Origin: a virus
Lineage: Duplodnaviria; Caudoviricetes
Length of the DNA stretch: 64,000 nt
Virus record (IMG/VR): IMGVR_UViG_3300015050_000935
Span: 5,095 to 69,094 of that record
Direction: 5' to 3' (one strand)
The notes below the pieces were generated by a model that saw nothing but the letters and a program-made list of their open reading frames with translations, did not search any database and was not told the origin of the DNA. Below, piece by piece: positions 27,919-37,011 of this stretch. The position numbers were made by a program, and so were the translations under genes. Within the stretch, counting starts at the first letter, position 1. Every line of letters starts with the position of its first letter.

Positions 27919-28179
27919 TCAGCCTCGCAGGATGGATGGCCCGGACTTGCGCGGCGGCGCGACAATCTCCAGCACCGTCCGCTTAAGCACATCGAGGCCC
28001 ATGTTCAGTTTGGCGGCGTCAGGCCCGGCGTGCGCCGATCCGAAATCGTCCGGCCCGATGCACACGACGCCCACGGTGGTGACGCGGCCCGCCTTGGCGT
28101 CGGACAGCACCTGCTCCAGCAATGACACGCACGCCATACCGGCTGCGTCCAGCGTCACGCCCTTTTCGATCTTGACCAT
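27919..28179 (-). CDS. Hypothetical protein
   Basis: ATG 28179 after GAGGAG (MVKIEKG...). Confidence 0.6.
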   Translation of the reverse strand: MVKIEKGVTLDAAGMACVSLLEQVLSDAKAGRVTTVGVVCIGPDDFGSAHAGPDAAKLNMGLDVLKRTVLEIVAPPRKSGPSILRG

Positions 28180-28412
28180 CAGTTTCTCTCCTCGTTGGCC
28201 TTGGTGTCGGTCAAGTGTGGGTTCGGCTTTAGCCCGGCCTTTACATCCCCGAACGAGGATGGCCGGGCGTTGCCAGCGATGGCGCGCAGGCCGGTTATTT
28301 CCTCGACGGCGGCTCGGGCGGTGGTCTGGATGCGATCGGCCCACGAGGGGCTGGATGATATTTGCGACGCCGGCGCATCGGCGATCTCCCGTAACTTCTC
28401 CAGAATGTCCAT
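28179..28412 (-). CDS. Hypothetical protein
   Basis: ATG 28412 (MDILEKLRE...), coupled. Confidence 0.55.
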   Translation of the reverse strand: MDILEKLREIADAPASQISSSPSWADRIQTTARAAVEEITGLRAIAGNARPSSFGDVKAGLKPNPHLTDTKANEERN

Positions 28413-28624
28413 CAGGTCCTCTTTCGCTTTCCATTGTTGCGGTATCGCTTGTCGAAATGCTTGGGCGGGTTCATCCCCACATGCCACAGGCGGCAATGCT
28501 CGCAGCGATATGGCGTGCGGTTCGGTTTCCGCTTCGCAGCCTTATCAGCCCGCGCGCGTCCTGTGAACGCTTCCTTGCCCGCGCACGAACTCAAAAACGC
28601 AGATGTCCCCGTGATCTGGTCCAT
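28412..28624 (-). CDS. Small Zn-ribbon-like protein
   Basis: C.GKEAF...PYRCEHCRLWHVG. Confidence 0.65.
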   Translation of the reverse strand: MDQITGTSAFLSSCAGKEAFTGRARADKAAKRKPNRTPYRCEHCRLWHVGMNPPKHFDKRYRNNGKRKRT

Positions 28625-28663
28625 GGACGCCCCTCGTGATGCACGAGGAACGTAACTGATTCG

Positions 28664-30373
28664 TCAGGTAGCCCTCATCCCCGGGTACAAGGGCTTCATC
28701 TTCTTTTTCGGCTTCACGTTCTCACGCTCCTCGGCAATGGCCTCCTCGTCCGACGACGCCATGCCGATCGCGCGCAGATGCTTGATGGCCTGCGTCGCGG
28801 AGTCCGTCAAATCGTCCCATCGGCCCTTTGGAAAAACGTCCATTTCGTCAATCACGTCCTGAGCCCACTGCCGATCCGGGGCGTAGACCATGCCCTGCGA
28901 GAACGTCGGCTGGACCGCGACCGCGCGCGAAACCTTGTCCTGCGACACCGGCACCAGTTCGATGTCCCAGCCCTCGCGCGCGTGCAGCCGGCGCATTTCG
29001 TTCGCGACGTCGATGCCGCTGGCCTTGGCCTCGATCAGGAGTTTGTCCGCCTGAAACCGGCTGCAACTGTCCGCCGCCCACTCGACCAGGCCCCAGTGCG
29101 GCATCGCCCGGCGCCGATACATCGACACGTGCTCGTTCGGTTTTTTCACCACCTTGGGGCCGTGCAGGATCAAGCGTTTTCGCCATGCGTGGATCAGCAT
29201 GATGCGGCGGTGGCCGCGCTCGTTGCGGAACACGCCCCACATCGTGAAGCCGCTGGGGTCGTTCTGCTTGTCCTTGGTGTATGCCGAGTCCAGCGACGCC
29301 ACGATGTACTCGAACGGCGGGAATTTGCCGTCGCTGTCGTCCCACAGTTGCCAGTATTCCCGCGAAATGATCGAGGTGCCGCGGGACTTCGGTGTCTGCT
29401 GGTACTGGCCAGCCCATGCGTGGGGGCCAACGTCCTTTTTGAGGCGCGCCACTTCCTTTTCATCGAAACGCTCGGGCCACGCCAGTTCGCCGTCGCAATC
29501 ATCGCGCTCGGGTTGCCACCGCGGGTCCACCCATCCGAAACCGTTCGGGATCGCCTCGCCGGTGTCGGGGTCCGTCACCCGGTCCCAGTCGAATTCCATC
29601 GGGATCATCAGGTGGGTGTAATCCATCCCCTCCTCAATGATCGTGCCGGACACGTCCGCCTCGTGGACGCGCTGCATGATGATGACGATGGCGCCGGTTT
29701 TCATGTCGTTCAGGCGGTTCGACATGGCCTCGCGGAACCAACGCACCGTCTCGGGCAGCACCGTCAGCGATTCGCTGTCTTTCACGTTGTGCGGGTCGTC
29801 AAAGATGACCCGATCGCCACGCTCACCGGTGCCGACGCCGCCGACCGAGGAGGCGAACTTGCGGCCATGCTTGGAGTTCGAGACTTCGCCCTGCCCGCGC
29901 TTGCGCAGTTTGACCCGATCACCCCACATCCGCTGGTATTCGGGACTGCCGATCAGAACACCGAACTTGTCGTTGTCGCGCTCGGTGATGCTGGCGGAAT
30001 ACGAGAATGCCACATAGCGGAGGTGGGCGAGGTCCATCGGCCCCCACTCCCACGCAGGCCAGAACACATCGGTGACCAGCGATTTCATGAAACCCGGCGG
30101 GACGTTGACCAGCAACCGGTCAATCTCGCCGAACGTCACCGCCTCAAGGTGCTCGCAGATCGCCTCCAGAGCCCAGCCATCGCGGAAAACCGTGCCCGGC
30201 TCCAGGATGTGCCAATAGTACCGGATGAACGCCAGCAGGCCGCCGACCCATTCGCCGGTTTCCTCGTCGCGATAGCCGCGCTGGGCCATCAGTTTTTTCG
30301 CCTGCCGCCGCTCTCTTTCCGCGACCGCTTGGGCGAACCGCTCCTGCATGGCGCGGGTGTTCTGCTGGTTCAC
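28664..30373 (-). CDS. terL: Terminase large subunit
   Basis: NVPPGFMKS Walker A, IFDDPHN Walker B, IIMQRVH, SLDSAY nuclease, WDDLTDS C-terminus. Confidence 0.92.
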   Translation of the reverse strand: MNQQNTRAMQERFAQAVAERERRQAKKLMAQRGYRDEETGEWVGGLLAFIRYYWHILEPGTVFRDGWALEAICEHLEAVTFGEIDRLLVNVPPGFMKSLVTDVFWPAWEWGPMDLAHLRYVAFSYSASITERDNDKFGVLIGSPEYQRMWGDRVKLRKRGQGEVSNSKHGRKFASSVGGVGTGERGDRVIFDDPHNVKDSESLTVLPETVRWFREAMSNRLNDMKTGAIVIIMQRVHEADVSGTIIEEGMDYTHLMIPMEFDWDRVTDPDTGEAIPNGFGWVDPRWQPERDDCDGELAWPERFDEKEVARLKKDVGPHAWAGQYQQTPKSRGTSIISREYWQLWDDSDGKFPPFEYIVASLDSAYTKDKQNDPSGFTMWGVFRNERGHRRIMLIHAWRKRLILHGPKVVKKPNEHVSMYRRRAMPHWGLVEWAADSCSRFQADKLLIEAKASGIDVANEMRRLHAREGWDIELVPVSQDKVSRAVAVQPTFSQGMVYAPDRQWAQDVIDEMDVFPKGRWDDLTDSATQAIKHLRAIGMASSDEEAIAEERENVKPKKKMKPLYPGMRAT

Positions 30374-30376
30374 TGG

Positions 30377-30796
30377 TTACTCCGCTGCGAGCACCGCAGG
30401 CTTGGGCAGGTACGCGCGCACCTTGGCCTTGTTTTCCTCGTCTAAGTAATAACCGCGGCCCCATGCCGTGAGGATTTCCACATCCCACTTTTTCAGTTTG
30501 CGCCGCAGCTTGCAGATAAACACGTCAACGATCTTGATTTCCACCTCGGAATCCAGAGGCTTGTCCGAATACAGCGCCAGCATCCCGGTTTCCTTGGTCA
30601 CCAGATCGCGCTCCAGCAGGGCACCGAGCACGCGCGCCTCGCTGGCGGTGATGTCGAACATCAGCGGGACCTCGATGTGCATTCCCAGTTCTTTCTCCAA
30701 CTGGAGGATGCGCTCCCGCAGTTCCTCGTTCTCCTCCTCCAGAGCATCGCAGTATGCCTGCTCCTCGGATTTCAGCCCTTGATTCGCGCCAGCCAT
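30377..30796 (-). CDS. Coiled coil plus OmpR/PhoB-type winged helix resembling the CtrA DNA-binding domain; no receiver domain
   Basis: EIKIVDVFICKLRRKL...TAWGRGY; ATG 30796 after GGAGG. Confidence 0.8.
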   Translation of the reverse strand: MAGANQGLKSEEQAYCDALEEENEELRERILQLEKELGMHIEVPLMFDITASEARVLGALLERDLVTKETGMLALYSDKPLDSEVEIKIVDVFICKLRRKLKKWDVEILTAWGRGYYLDEENKAKVRAYLPKPAVLAAE

Positions 30797-31569
30797 TCGT
30801 CCTCCAGCGAACGGTATATCGGGATTCCCGCCTTTTGGGCGCGATGCTTCGCATCCATGAATGCGCCGCTGCTGCGGATGATCCGGGCCAGCCGCTCGGG
30901 CTCCACGTCCGGGCGATGCTTGCACAGGATGTTTTCCACGGCCCTGATTTCATATGGCGTGATCGGCGTGCGTTTGGCCAGCACAAGGGTCTGGAGGACC
31001 TTGCGTGAGTTGATGACCCCGCGCGTCCGCACCAGTCGCTGGATCGTCCCCAGTGCCGCCGTATCGCCCTCGGCGACCACGCAGGTGGGGCTCAGGTGCC
31101 GGATACGCACGCCGGCGCGTTTGCATACGTTGTCCACATCCATCGCGTCCTCGTCCCCGGAGCGAATCAGCGCGCGGTAAATGTCGAACGGCGACACCCG
31201 CACGCGGTCGGTGTTCAGACCGACAAACGCATGGGCCTGGGCGGCCACCTCTTTCGCTTCCACGATCAGAATGGGGATTCTCTTGATGCGCAGGCACGCC
31301 GCCACGATCGCGGTGTGCTGGCCGTCGATCACCAGTTTTTTGCCCTTGGCCTCGACCACGTTGGGCACCTTGATGTGCGCCCAAGCAAACTCCTCGAACA
31401 TTTTTTTCATGAGGGCGGCAGATCGGCGGGACATATCCCGCTGATAGGAGCCGTCCACATAGAGGTCCGTGGGATCGGACCATGCCAACACGGGAACGCC
31501 GCCGAAATCGGAGGCAGGCACCAGATCGGGAGGCATCGGTATCGGCGCGATCCGGCGCAGTTCAGTCAT
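30772..31569 (-). CDS. ParB-like N-terminal domain protein (DUF6551-like)
   Basis: LYVDGSYQR...VIDGQHT; ATGA overlap at 31566-31569. Confidence 0.7.
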   Translation of the reverse strand: MTELRRIAPIPMPPDLVPASDFGGVPVLAWSDPTDLYVDGSYQRDMSRRSAALMKKMFEEFAWAHIKVPNVVEAKGKKLVIDGQHTAIVAACLRIKRIPILIVEAKEVAAQAHAFVGLNTDRVRVSPFDIYRALIRSGDEDAMDVDNVCKRAGVRIRHLSPTCVVAEGDTAALGTIQRLVRTRGVINSRKVLQTLVLAKRTPITPYEIRAVENILCKHRPDVEPERLARIIRSSGAFMDAKHRAQKAGIPIYRSLEDEWLARIKG

Positions 31570-32204
31570 CCCACCCATCCCCGTCCCGCCGCGCCAGTAC
31601 CCCAAAATGTAGAGTTCTGCATTGGTGGCGGGTCAGCCGTGAACGTGTACTCCGCCAGCATGTCGATCGCCTTGGTATGTGATTCGATGTCGGCGACGAC
31701 AGGTTTTAACTGCTCCCTGATCTGGCGCGCCTGCCACTCCAACGCGGGCTTGAGGTGATCGGCCCCGCCCTTCTTGGCCAGTCGTTCGCTGATCTTCTCG
31801 ACCGTGGCCAGATGCTTCTCGCCCATGGCCTGGGTGGCGCGCAGGGTTTCGAGTTTCTGGCGCAGATAGATTTTGCCGTGCGCCACCAGATTGCACTGGG
31901 TCGGGTCCGGGCCATTCCCGGCGATGAACTCCGTCACCACCTGATTGAAAAACGTCATCAGCACGCTCATGGGGCCGGACAGCGGATTTGCAGGATCGTT
32001 CGGTTGCCACTCGCCGGTCCTGTCATAGTGCTCGCGCCGCTTCTTGTCGGTCAGCAGCGCCAGCGACTGGGACAACGCCTCGAACGCATCGGACGTCCCG
32101 CCGGCGTCGGGATGCGCCTTCTTGGCCGCGCGCCGATACGCCCCGCGCACGTCGCTTTCCGTTGCGCCTCGATCGACGCCGAGGGTTTCGTAGGGATCAA
32201 TCAC
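31566..32204 (-). CDS. DnaJ-domain protein
   Basis: DPYETLGV...YRRAAKKAHPDAGG...LTDKKRREHYD, with HPD motif. Confidence 0.85.
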   Translation of the reverse strand: MIDPYETLGVDRGATESDVRGAYRRAAKKAHPDAGGTSDAFEALSQSLALLTDKKRREHYDRTGEWQPNDPANPLSGPMSVLMTFFNQVVTEFIAGNGPDPTQCNLVAHGKIYLRQKLETLRATQAMGEKHLATVEKISERLAKKGGADHLKPALEWQARQIREQLKPVVADIESHTKAIDMLAEYTFTADPPPMQNSTFWGTGAAGRGWVG

Positions 32205-32258
32205 TGGTCAGACCCCACACTTCGCGCAGCCGTGGACCCACTCGTCGCCGATCTTCTT

Positions 32259-32585
32259 TCATGGCTTGCCAGCCTTCCCGCAGTAGCCGTCCCGGCGCCC
32301 GTTGAACCTGATCGCTACGGTTCCGACCTCAAGAAATGGGTCCTCAACCTTGACCCATCCATTACGTTCCCAGTGCTTCAAAACAGATTCGTCTACAGGG
32401 CGGTCACCCCAATCACCGTGCCACCGCCACGCCATGCAGGCCGATCCGATACAGTTCATCGGCGACATCGGCGCGGCGGCGACGGCGTGCATCGTGCTTG
32501 GGAAAGCACCCATCGGGGCCATTGCCTGCGAGCCGAACGACTCCTGACATCGCTTGGCCTCGGCTTCTTCCTCGGTGAGAATCAT
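32259..32585 (-). CDS. Cys-containing hypothetical protein
   Basis: KRC...CIGSACMAWRW...GYCGKAGKP pattern typical of small phage proteins. Confidence 0.6.
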   Translation of the reverse strand: MILTEEEAEAKRCQESFGSQAMAPMGAFPSTMHAVAAAPMSPMNCIGSACMAWRWHGDWGDRPVDESVLKHWERNGWVKVEDPFLEVGTVAIRFNGRRDGYCGKAGKP

Positions 32586-33031
32586 GCGCTTGATCCTTCT
32601 GGCGCGAGTTGACGGTGCTCGGGCGGCTCCCGGTCGCGCAACTGGATGCAGGACAGATACAAGAACACCACTATCAGGATCACGTCCCCGGCCATGCGTG
32701 CCAGATCAAGGGTGATAAGATCGGCCACCAAGAACCCCACGTCTAAAGCCATCGCGGCGAGCCGGAAAGGACTCTCGCGCCAGCCCCGCGCCATCATGTT
32801 GAAGGTCGCCAGCCCGGTGGTCTGGGCAGCCACCAGCAGAAACGAATAAAGCCCGCACATAGCGAGGGCGATGAACGCGCCCCATCCATCGACACCACGG
32901 ATAAGGAACAGCGGGGCCAACAGCAGGAATGTGCAAACTCCCACCTGCATCCCGGTGCGGTCGAATATCCACAGGTAAATCGCCTGCACCCAGTCGATCA
33001 ACCGCTGGTCAATAGCGCGGAGCCGGGTCAT
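32582..33031 (-). CDS. Membrane protein
   Basis: About four hydrophobic segments; coupled. Confidence 0.6.
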   Translation of the reverse strand: MTRLRAIDQRLIDWVQAIYLWIFDRTGMQVGVCTFLLLAPLFLIRGVDGWGAFIALAMCGLYSFLLVAAQTTGLATFNMMARGWRESPFRLAAMALDVGFLVADLITLDLARMAGDVILIVVFLYLSCIQLRDREPPEHRQLAPEGSSA

Positions 33032-33225
33032 GGCCGACAGCCCTTGATCCGGTACTGCTTGCCCGCGCGCGGAACGTAATCATACGGCTTTGGCTTGCGC
33101 TTCGGAGAGGGGCGCGATCTGCGAGGCTCCGGCGTCGGTTGCCGCGCATAATCCATACCCATCATCCCGATGCTCATGGCCGCTGCGGCCCCCGCGACGA
33201 GCCCTGCGATTCCTCGATTTATCAT
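33028..33225 (-). CDS. Small membrane-anchored protein
   Basis: ATG 33225 (MINRGIAGLVAG...), ATGA overlap. Confidence 0.5.
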   Translation of the reverse strand: MINRGIAGLVAGAAAAMSIGMMGMDYARQPTPEPRRSRPSPKRKPKPYDYVPRAGKQYRIKGCRP

Positions 33226-33434
33226 TTTGGTTTGGCCTTCTGCTTTTGCCGCTCTCGATATGCCTTCTGAATCTCGGCGCGGGTGAGCGGCGTTTTCCCG
33301 GCCTTCTTGCGTAACAGGTCCTCGCAGGCGTCGCACACGTACAGAACCAGCTTGTTGCGCGGCTGATCGCGGCGCAACTGCCTGATGGTGGCCATGAGAT
33401 TTGCCCCGGAAAGTGCCGGGCGTAGGTCGCTCAC
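33222..33434 (-). CDS. Hypothetical protein, 70 aa
   Basis: LTRAEIQKAYRERQK tail; coupled. Confidence 0.55.
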   Translation of the reverse strand: MSDLRPALSGANLMATIRQLRRDQPRNKLVLYVCDACEDLLRKKAGKTPLTRAEIQKAYRERQKQKAKPK

Positions 33435-33823
33435 GGCTGCCCGCCAGTCTTTGCCGCGGCAAGGGCGGCGTAGTCTGGCGACGTGGAAGGCTCCTCGGAG
33501 GGCCGCAATTTCCTGCCGTACAGTGTGAGGTATTCATCCTCCGTCATGCGGATTGGCGTCGCCGCGTCCTTGTCCCACCATTTTCCTGTGCCCCAACGAG
33601 TGTGGATTAACAGTCGGCCACCAACGATGGCGACATCCCAATTGTGAGCAGCAAGGTCCGCCGCTTGATGCCGGGCGCGTTGCGGGAAGTCTTTGAGCAG
33701 TTCGGCCCATTCACTCGCTGTTACGGGATCAGCAAAATTTTTCCGATCCTTCCTGTCCTTCACATACACGTTGAGGACGCGCCACGCCCGCCCTGCATCT
33801 GCTGTGTTCTGTGCTGCGGTCAT
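33431..33823 (-). CDS. Accessory protein (cassette A)
   Basis: Coupled ORF; termini MTAAQNTADAGRA and ALAAAKTGG shared with 38954-39202. Confidence 0.6.
   Translation of the reverse strand: MTAAQNTADAGRAWRVLNVYVKDRKDRKNFADPVTASEWAELLKDFPQRARHQAADLAAHNWDVAIVGGRLLIHTRWGTGKWWDKDAATPIRMTEDEYLTLYGRKLRPSEEPSTSPDYAALAAAKTGGQP
33441..33468. repeat. 28-bp repeat, copy A (3' gene boundary)
   Basis: CCGCCAGTCTTTGCCGCGGCAAGGGCGG; 27/28 identical to 38964-38991. Confidence 0.9.
33785..33823. repeat. 39-bp repeat, copy A (5' gene boundary)
   Basis: 37/39 identical to 39164-39202. Confidence 0.9.
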
Positions 33824-34041
33824 GAGGACGACTCCGCGTGGCTATTGTCGCCGAGGGCGACACGATCAAATGGCGCGGTGTGGGTGCCGCCATCGGGGAA
33901 TGTAATATCGACGGTGCCTTTGCCCTTCCGACCAACGCCGGAGCGGGACTTGATGGTGCCGCATCGGCCACGATGGGCGCTATCGTCCCATACCGTGGCC
34001 TTGAGGCCGATGATTCTGGCTTGGAAGGTGCGACCGTGCAT
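33820..34041 (-). CDS. Hypothetical protein, 73 aa (SH3-like beta pattern)
   Basis: Coupled ORF. Confidence 0.5.
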   Translation of the reverse strand: MHGRTFQARIIGLKATVWDDSAHRGRCGTIKSRSGVGRKGKGTVDITFPDGGTHTAPFDRVALGDNSHAESSS

Positions 34042-34053
34042 CGTCCCAGCCCC

Positions 34054-34236
34054 TCACCAGTACACGCCGGGGATCGGGATAAGGCGCTCCTGCAACACAC
34101 CCACACGCGGGTCGTAAACCTGTCCGGGGGTGTGGGTGAGGTAGGTCACCTTGGCGGCGAAGTCAGCGCCCTCGGTGTTCTTGAAACTTGCGCCGTGGCG
34201 GAGGATGCAGACGACTTCATGGCGGGCGGTGGACAT
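34054..34236 (-). CDS. Hypothetical protein, 60 aa
   Basis: ORF with AAAGG upstream. Confidence 0.45.
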   Translation of the reverse strand: MSTARHEVVCILRHGASFKNTEGADFAAKVTYLTHTPGQVYDPRVGVLQERLIPIPGVYW

Positions 34237-34309
34237 GGGCGAGAGCCTTTCTGGTTTGTCGCGTCGATGGTGTTACCATCGCATGTCACGTTACGAACGT
34301 CAAGTAACG

Positions 34310-34843
34310 TCAGTGCTCGGTGGCAGGCCGCTTCGAGCCCTTCGGCGCCACATACCCGAGCGCCGCGGCCATGCGGTCAATCTCGCTGTCCAGCTTCTCG
34401 TCGTCCAGCCGGGCGAAGTCGCCGGGGTCGCCCACCTCGACCTTGTGGACCAGCAGGCCCTTGATCTTGGCCGCCAGTTCCAGGCATCGCGCGGCGGTCG
34501 CGCCGTCGGGGTTGCCGCTGAAATGCCCGGTCTGCTTGCCGTCCTTGTCCAGGATCGGCTTGCCCCGCAGCGACCGCTCGGTGAGGTATTTCAGGCGTTC
34601 GATGATCCACGCCTCGGTCAATCCGGCCTTTTCGATGCCGATTTCGCGGGCCTTGCCCTCGGCAGCATACCGCTGCTCCAGCAGTTCCTTTACGCGCGCG
34701 GCGTTCTCTGGCCGGCGGAAAAACTTGTGAGCACTGGCCGGCGCATAGACATACCCGCCAGCGATATAGGCAGCCTTTTGATCCTTACCCGAGGCAAGGG
34801 CCTGACATGCAAGTTCGGCGCGGGGGCTATTTAGTGCTGGCAT
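34310..34843 (-). CDS. terS: Terminase small subunit
   Basis: ACQALASGKDQKAAYIAGGY HTH, AWIIERL, CLELAAKIKGL oligomerisation segment. Confidence 0.75.
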   Translation of the reverse strand: MPALNSPRAELACQALASGKDQKAAYIAGGYVYAPASAHKFFRRPENAARVKELLEQRYAAEGKAREIGIEKAGLTEAWIIERLKYLTERSLRGKPILDKDGKQTGHFSGNPDGATAARCLELAAKIKGLLVHKVEVGDPGDFARLDDEKLDSEIDRMAAALGYVAPKGSKRPATEH

Positions 34844-34883
34844 CTGGACGGTTTAGCATGGGGTTAGGCCGTGGGATCAAGCC

Positions 34884-35228
34884 CTAATTGGCATCCCTGA
34901 TACTTTTCCATGTCTGCTCACATGCTCTTTCGGCGGCGGTGAACGTGCCCCAAGGACCGCCTTCGATCTTGATGGTGCGGGAACTGTCCTTGTGATCTGC
35001 ACGGCGATACGACGCCGTGTATCCGCTGTGTTTATTGGCATCTTCCTCGGACCATTCTGGGAGGCCGGGTTCAAACTGGATCACCCACGTGTAGCCGCCA
35101 TATACGGCCTGCCATATCCTGATGTTCGCCATCGCCGGGATAGCCACGTTCAGGGGCAACCCGTGGCCCTGCTTTCCGGGGCGGTTGACCATGCCGCCCA
35201 TTCTGCCGGTGACATCATCAAAGCGCAT
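34884..35228 (-). CDS. Hypothetical protein
   Basis: Coupled ORF. Confidence 0.5.
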   Translation of the reverse strand: MRFDDVTGRMGGMVNRPGKQGHGLPLNVAIPAMANIRIWQAVYGGYTWVIQFEPGLPEWSEEDANKHSGYTASYRRADHKDSSRTIKIEGGPWGTFTAAERACEQTWKSIRDAN

Positions 35229-35704
35229 TATTGGCCGGGCTCAATCTTGAGGATGCGGAGGCCGCGTTGCTCGGGTGCCCCGGCTTTCTTGCGCATGTGA
35301 TCGGCGTGGGTGGCGATACCGTTGGCGAGGTAGGAGAGCAGGCGATCCTCCTCGTGATTGGCGACCTCGTGGAGGTGCTGGGCGAGGCGCTGTACCATCA
35401 CCCACGATGGGATTTCGATGGTGGTTTCCTCGATCGCATCAGGGGCGATGCTCGGGTGGGCGGCGGATTGCAACGCCGCACCGTCGCCGGGGGGCATCAT
35501 CATGGCCGCGATTTCCTCGTTGAACCTGCGCTCCCCCTTTAGCTTACGGATGGCGAGGAGCCGATGAATGGTGGCCCGTGGCCATGTGTCTGGATGCTCG
35601 ACACAAAGCCCGAGGTGCGCGGCGACCACCGCTCGTTGGCAGTCCTCAGTTCTGTCGAACAGGGCATCCTCGCCGGTCGATCCGTCGTCATAGGTCAGTT
35701 TCAT
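35228..35704 (-). CDS. Hypothetical protein
   Basis: ATG 35704 after GAGG (MKLTYDDG...). Confidence 0.5.
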   Translation of the reverse strand: MKLTYDDGSTGEDALFDRTEDCQRAVVAAHLGLCVEHPDTWPRATIHRLLAIRKLKGERRFNEEIAAMMMPPGDGAALQSAAHPSIAPDAIEETTIEIPSWVMVQRLAQHLHEVANHEEDRLLSYLANGIATHADHMRKKAGAPEQRGLRILKIEPGQ

Positions 35705-35928
35705 GCGGACCTCTCCGGCGCCAGATCGCTCTCGGTCCAGAACTCGCCGCCTGGTCCGAACTCGGGGTGGCGATCCCACACGCCCATGACTTCCTCGGGC
35801 GTCATCATGCCATCGAACCGGGCCGCGGTGCGTTGCGCCAATTCGTATCGGTCATAAACGATGGTCTTGCGCAGGTGGACCGGGACGGGCGGCCAGATCA
35901 GCGCCCAAATCGTTTTCATCCACTTCAT
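35701..35928 (-). CDS. Hypothetical protein
   Basis: ATG 35928, coupled. Confidence 0.45.
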   Translation of the reverse strand: MKWMKTIWALIWPPVPVHLRKTIVYDRYELAQRTAARFDGMMTPEEVMGVWDRHPEFGPGGEFWTESDLAPERSA

Positions 35929-36164
35929 TTCGCTTTTACCTTTTCCCGCCACGCGCCGATAAATCCCAGATTGCACCCACAGTCCGAGCACACAGCATCG
36001 CACGCTCTGGTTTCGTGAAACCGGGGGTGAGAACATCGCCGCTGGCGCAGCCAAGAAGGTCCAAGGGTCACCAACAGGATCACCAGGATGACCGCAATTC
36101 CCACGGCTAAATCAGCAAGCGCCCAACCGACGCGGGCGAGAAATCCATTTACCAGCCACTCCAT
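35925..36164 (-). CDS. Small membrane protein with C-terminal Cys cluster
   Basis: TM helix then CSH...C.AVCSDCG. Confidence 0.55.
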   Translation of the reverse strand: MEWLVNGFLARVGWALADLAVGIAVILVILLVTLGPSWLRQRRCSHPRFHETRACDAVCSDCGCNLGFIGAWREKVKAK

Positions 36165-36174
36165 TCTGGAATCC

Positions 36175-36714
36175 TCAGAGGTTGTGTTCAATTTTTGCTT
36201 TGTTAAGCGCGGCGATGCACGCCTTGCGGGCCTTGCTGGCGTCGGCGTTTTTCACAGACAGGAAAATGGTGGTCTTGGTGCGGTTGCGCGCCGGCGGGGC
36301 CTCGGCGCCCAATTCCTCGATCGGCGGGAGTTCGATATTGTCCAGCCCGAACGCGGAAATGTCGAAATCCATATCCGTCAGCCGCTCCAGTTCGGCCTGC
36401 AAGATTTCGGGATTCCATGTCCCGCGCAGCGGCACCGAGTTATCCGCGATCCGCAGGGCCATGATCTGCGGCTCGGTGAGGTGCTTCAACTGGATCACCG
36501 GCACGGTTTCCATTTTCAGGGACTGCGCCGCGAGGAGGCGACCGTGGCCGGCAATAATCTCCCCGGCCCCGTCCACGAGGATCGGCTGAACGAATCCAAC
36601 CTGTTTGATGATGGCGACCAGTTCTGCCACCTGCTCGGGCGGATGGTCCTTGGCGTTGTTCGGGTACGGCGTCAGCCGGTCAATCGCCCAGTATTCGGTT
36701 TTGATCTTGGCCAT
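36175..36714 (-). CDS. ParB/Srx-like domain protein
   Basis: LTPYPNNAKDH...GFVQPILVD...IIAGHGRLLAA. Confidence 0.85.
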   Translation of the reverse strand: MAKIKTEYWAIDRLTPYPNNAKDHPPEQVAELVAIIKQVGFVQPILVDGAGEIIAGHGRLLAAQSLKMETVPVIQLKHLTEPQIMALRIADNSVPLRGTWNPEILQAELERLTDMDFDISAFGLDNIELPPIEELGAEAPPARNRTKTTIFLSVKNADASKARKACIAALNKAKIEHNL

Positions 36715-36974
36715 TATCGAATCCGCTTAACCGTGGGTGCGCCTGCGCGGCGCATCCGCTCGATGATGCCGATGACGTGCTCCCCGCTCAACGGGGCGCC
36801 GTGAACGCCGCGGCCAAAAAACTGATCGGCGCTGATCGTCTCCGATCGCACCAGGACCTTGCCGTTCGGCGCTGGCCATTTGACACTGATCTTGACCTCC
36901 GTGGGCCACGAATCATCGGGTTCGCTGGCCTGTGCGCGAGACAGATCGGATTGCGGGATGGAGGGCTTTGCCAC
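36714..36974 (-). CDS. Hypothetical protein
   Basis: Coupled ORF. Confidence 0.55.
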   Translation of the reverse strand: MAKPSIPQSDLSRAQASEPDDSWPTEVKISVKWPAPNGKVLVRSETISADQFFGRGVHGAPLSGEHVIGIIERMRRAGAPTVKRIR

Positions 36975-37011
36975 GGGATTCTCCTTTCCGGCAGAGTGCC
37001 ATATCCGGTGG

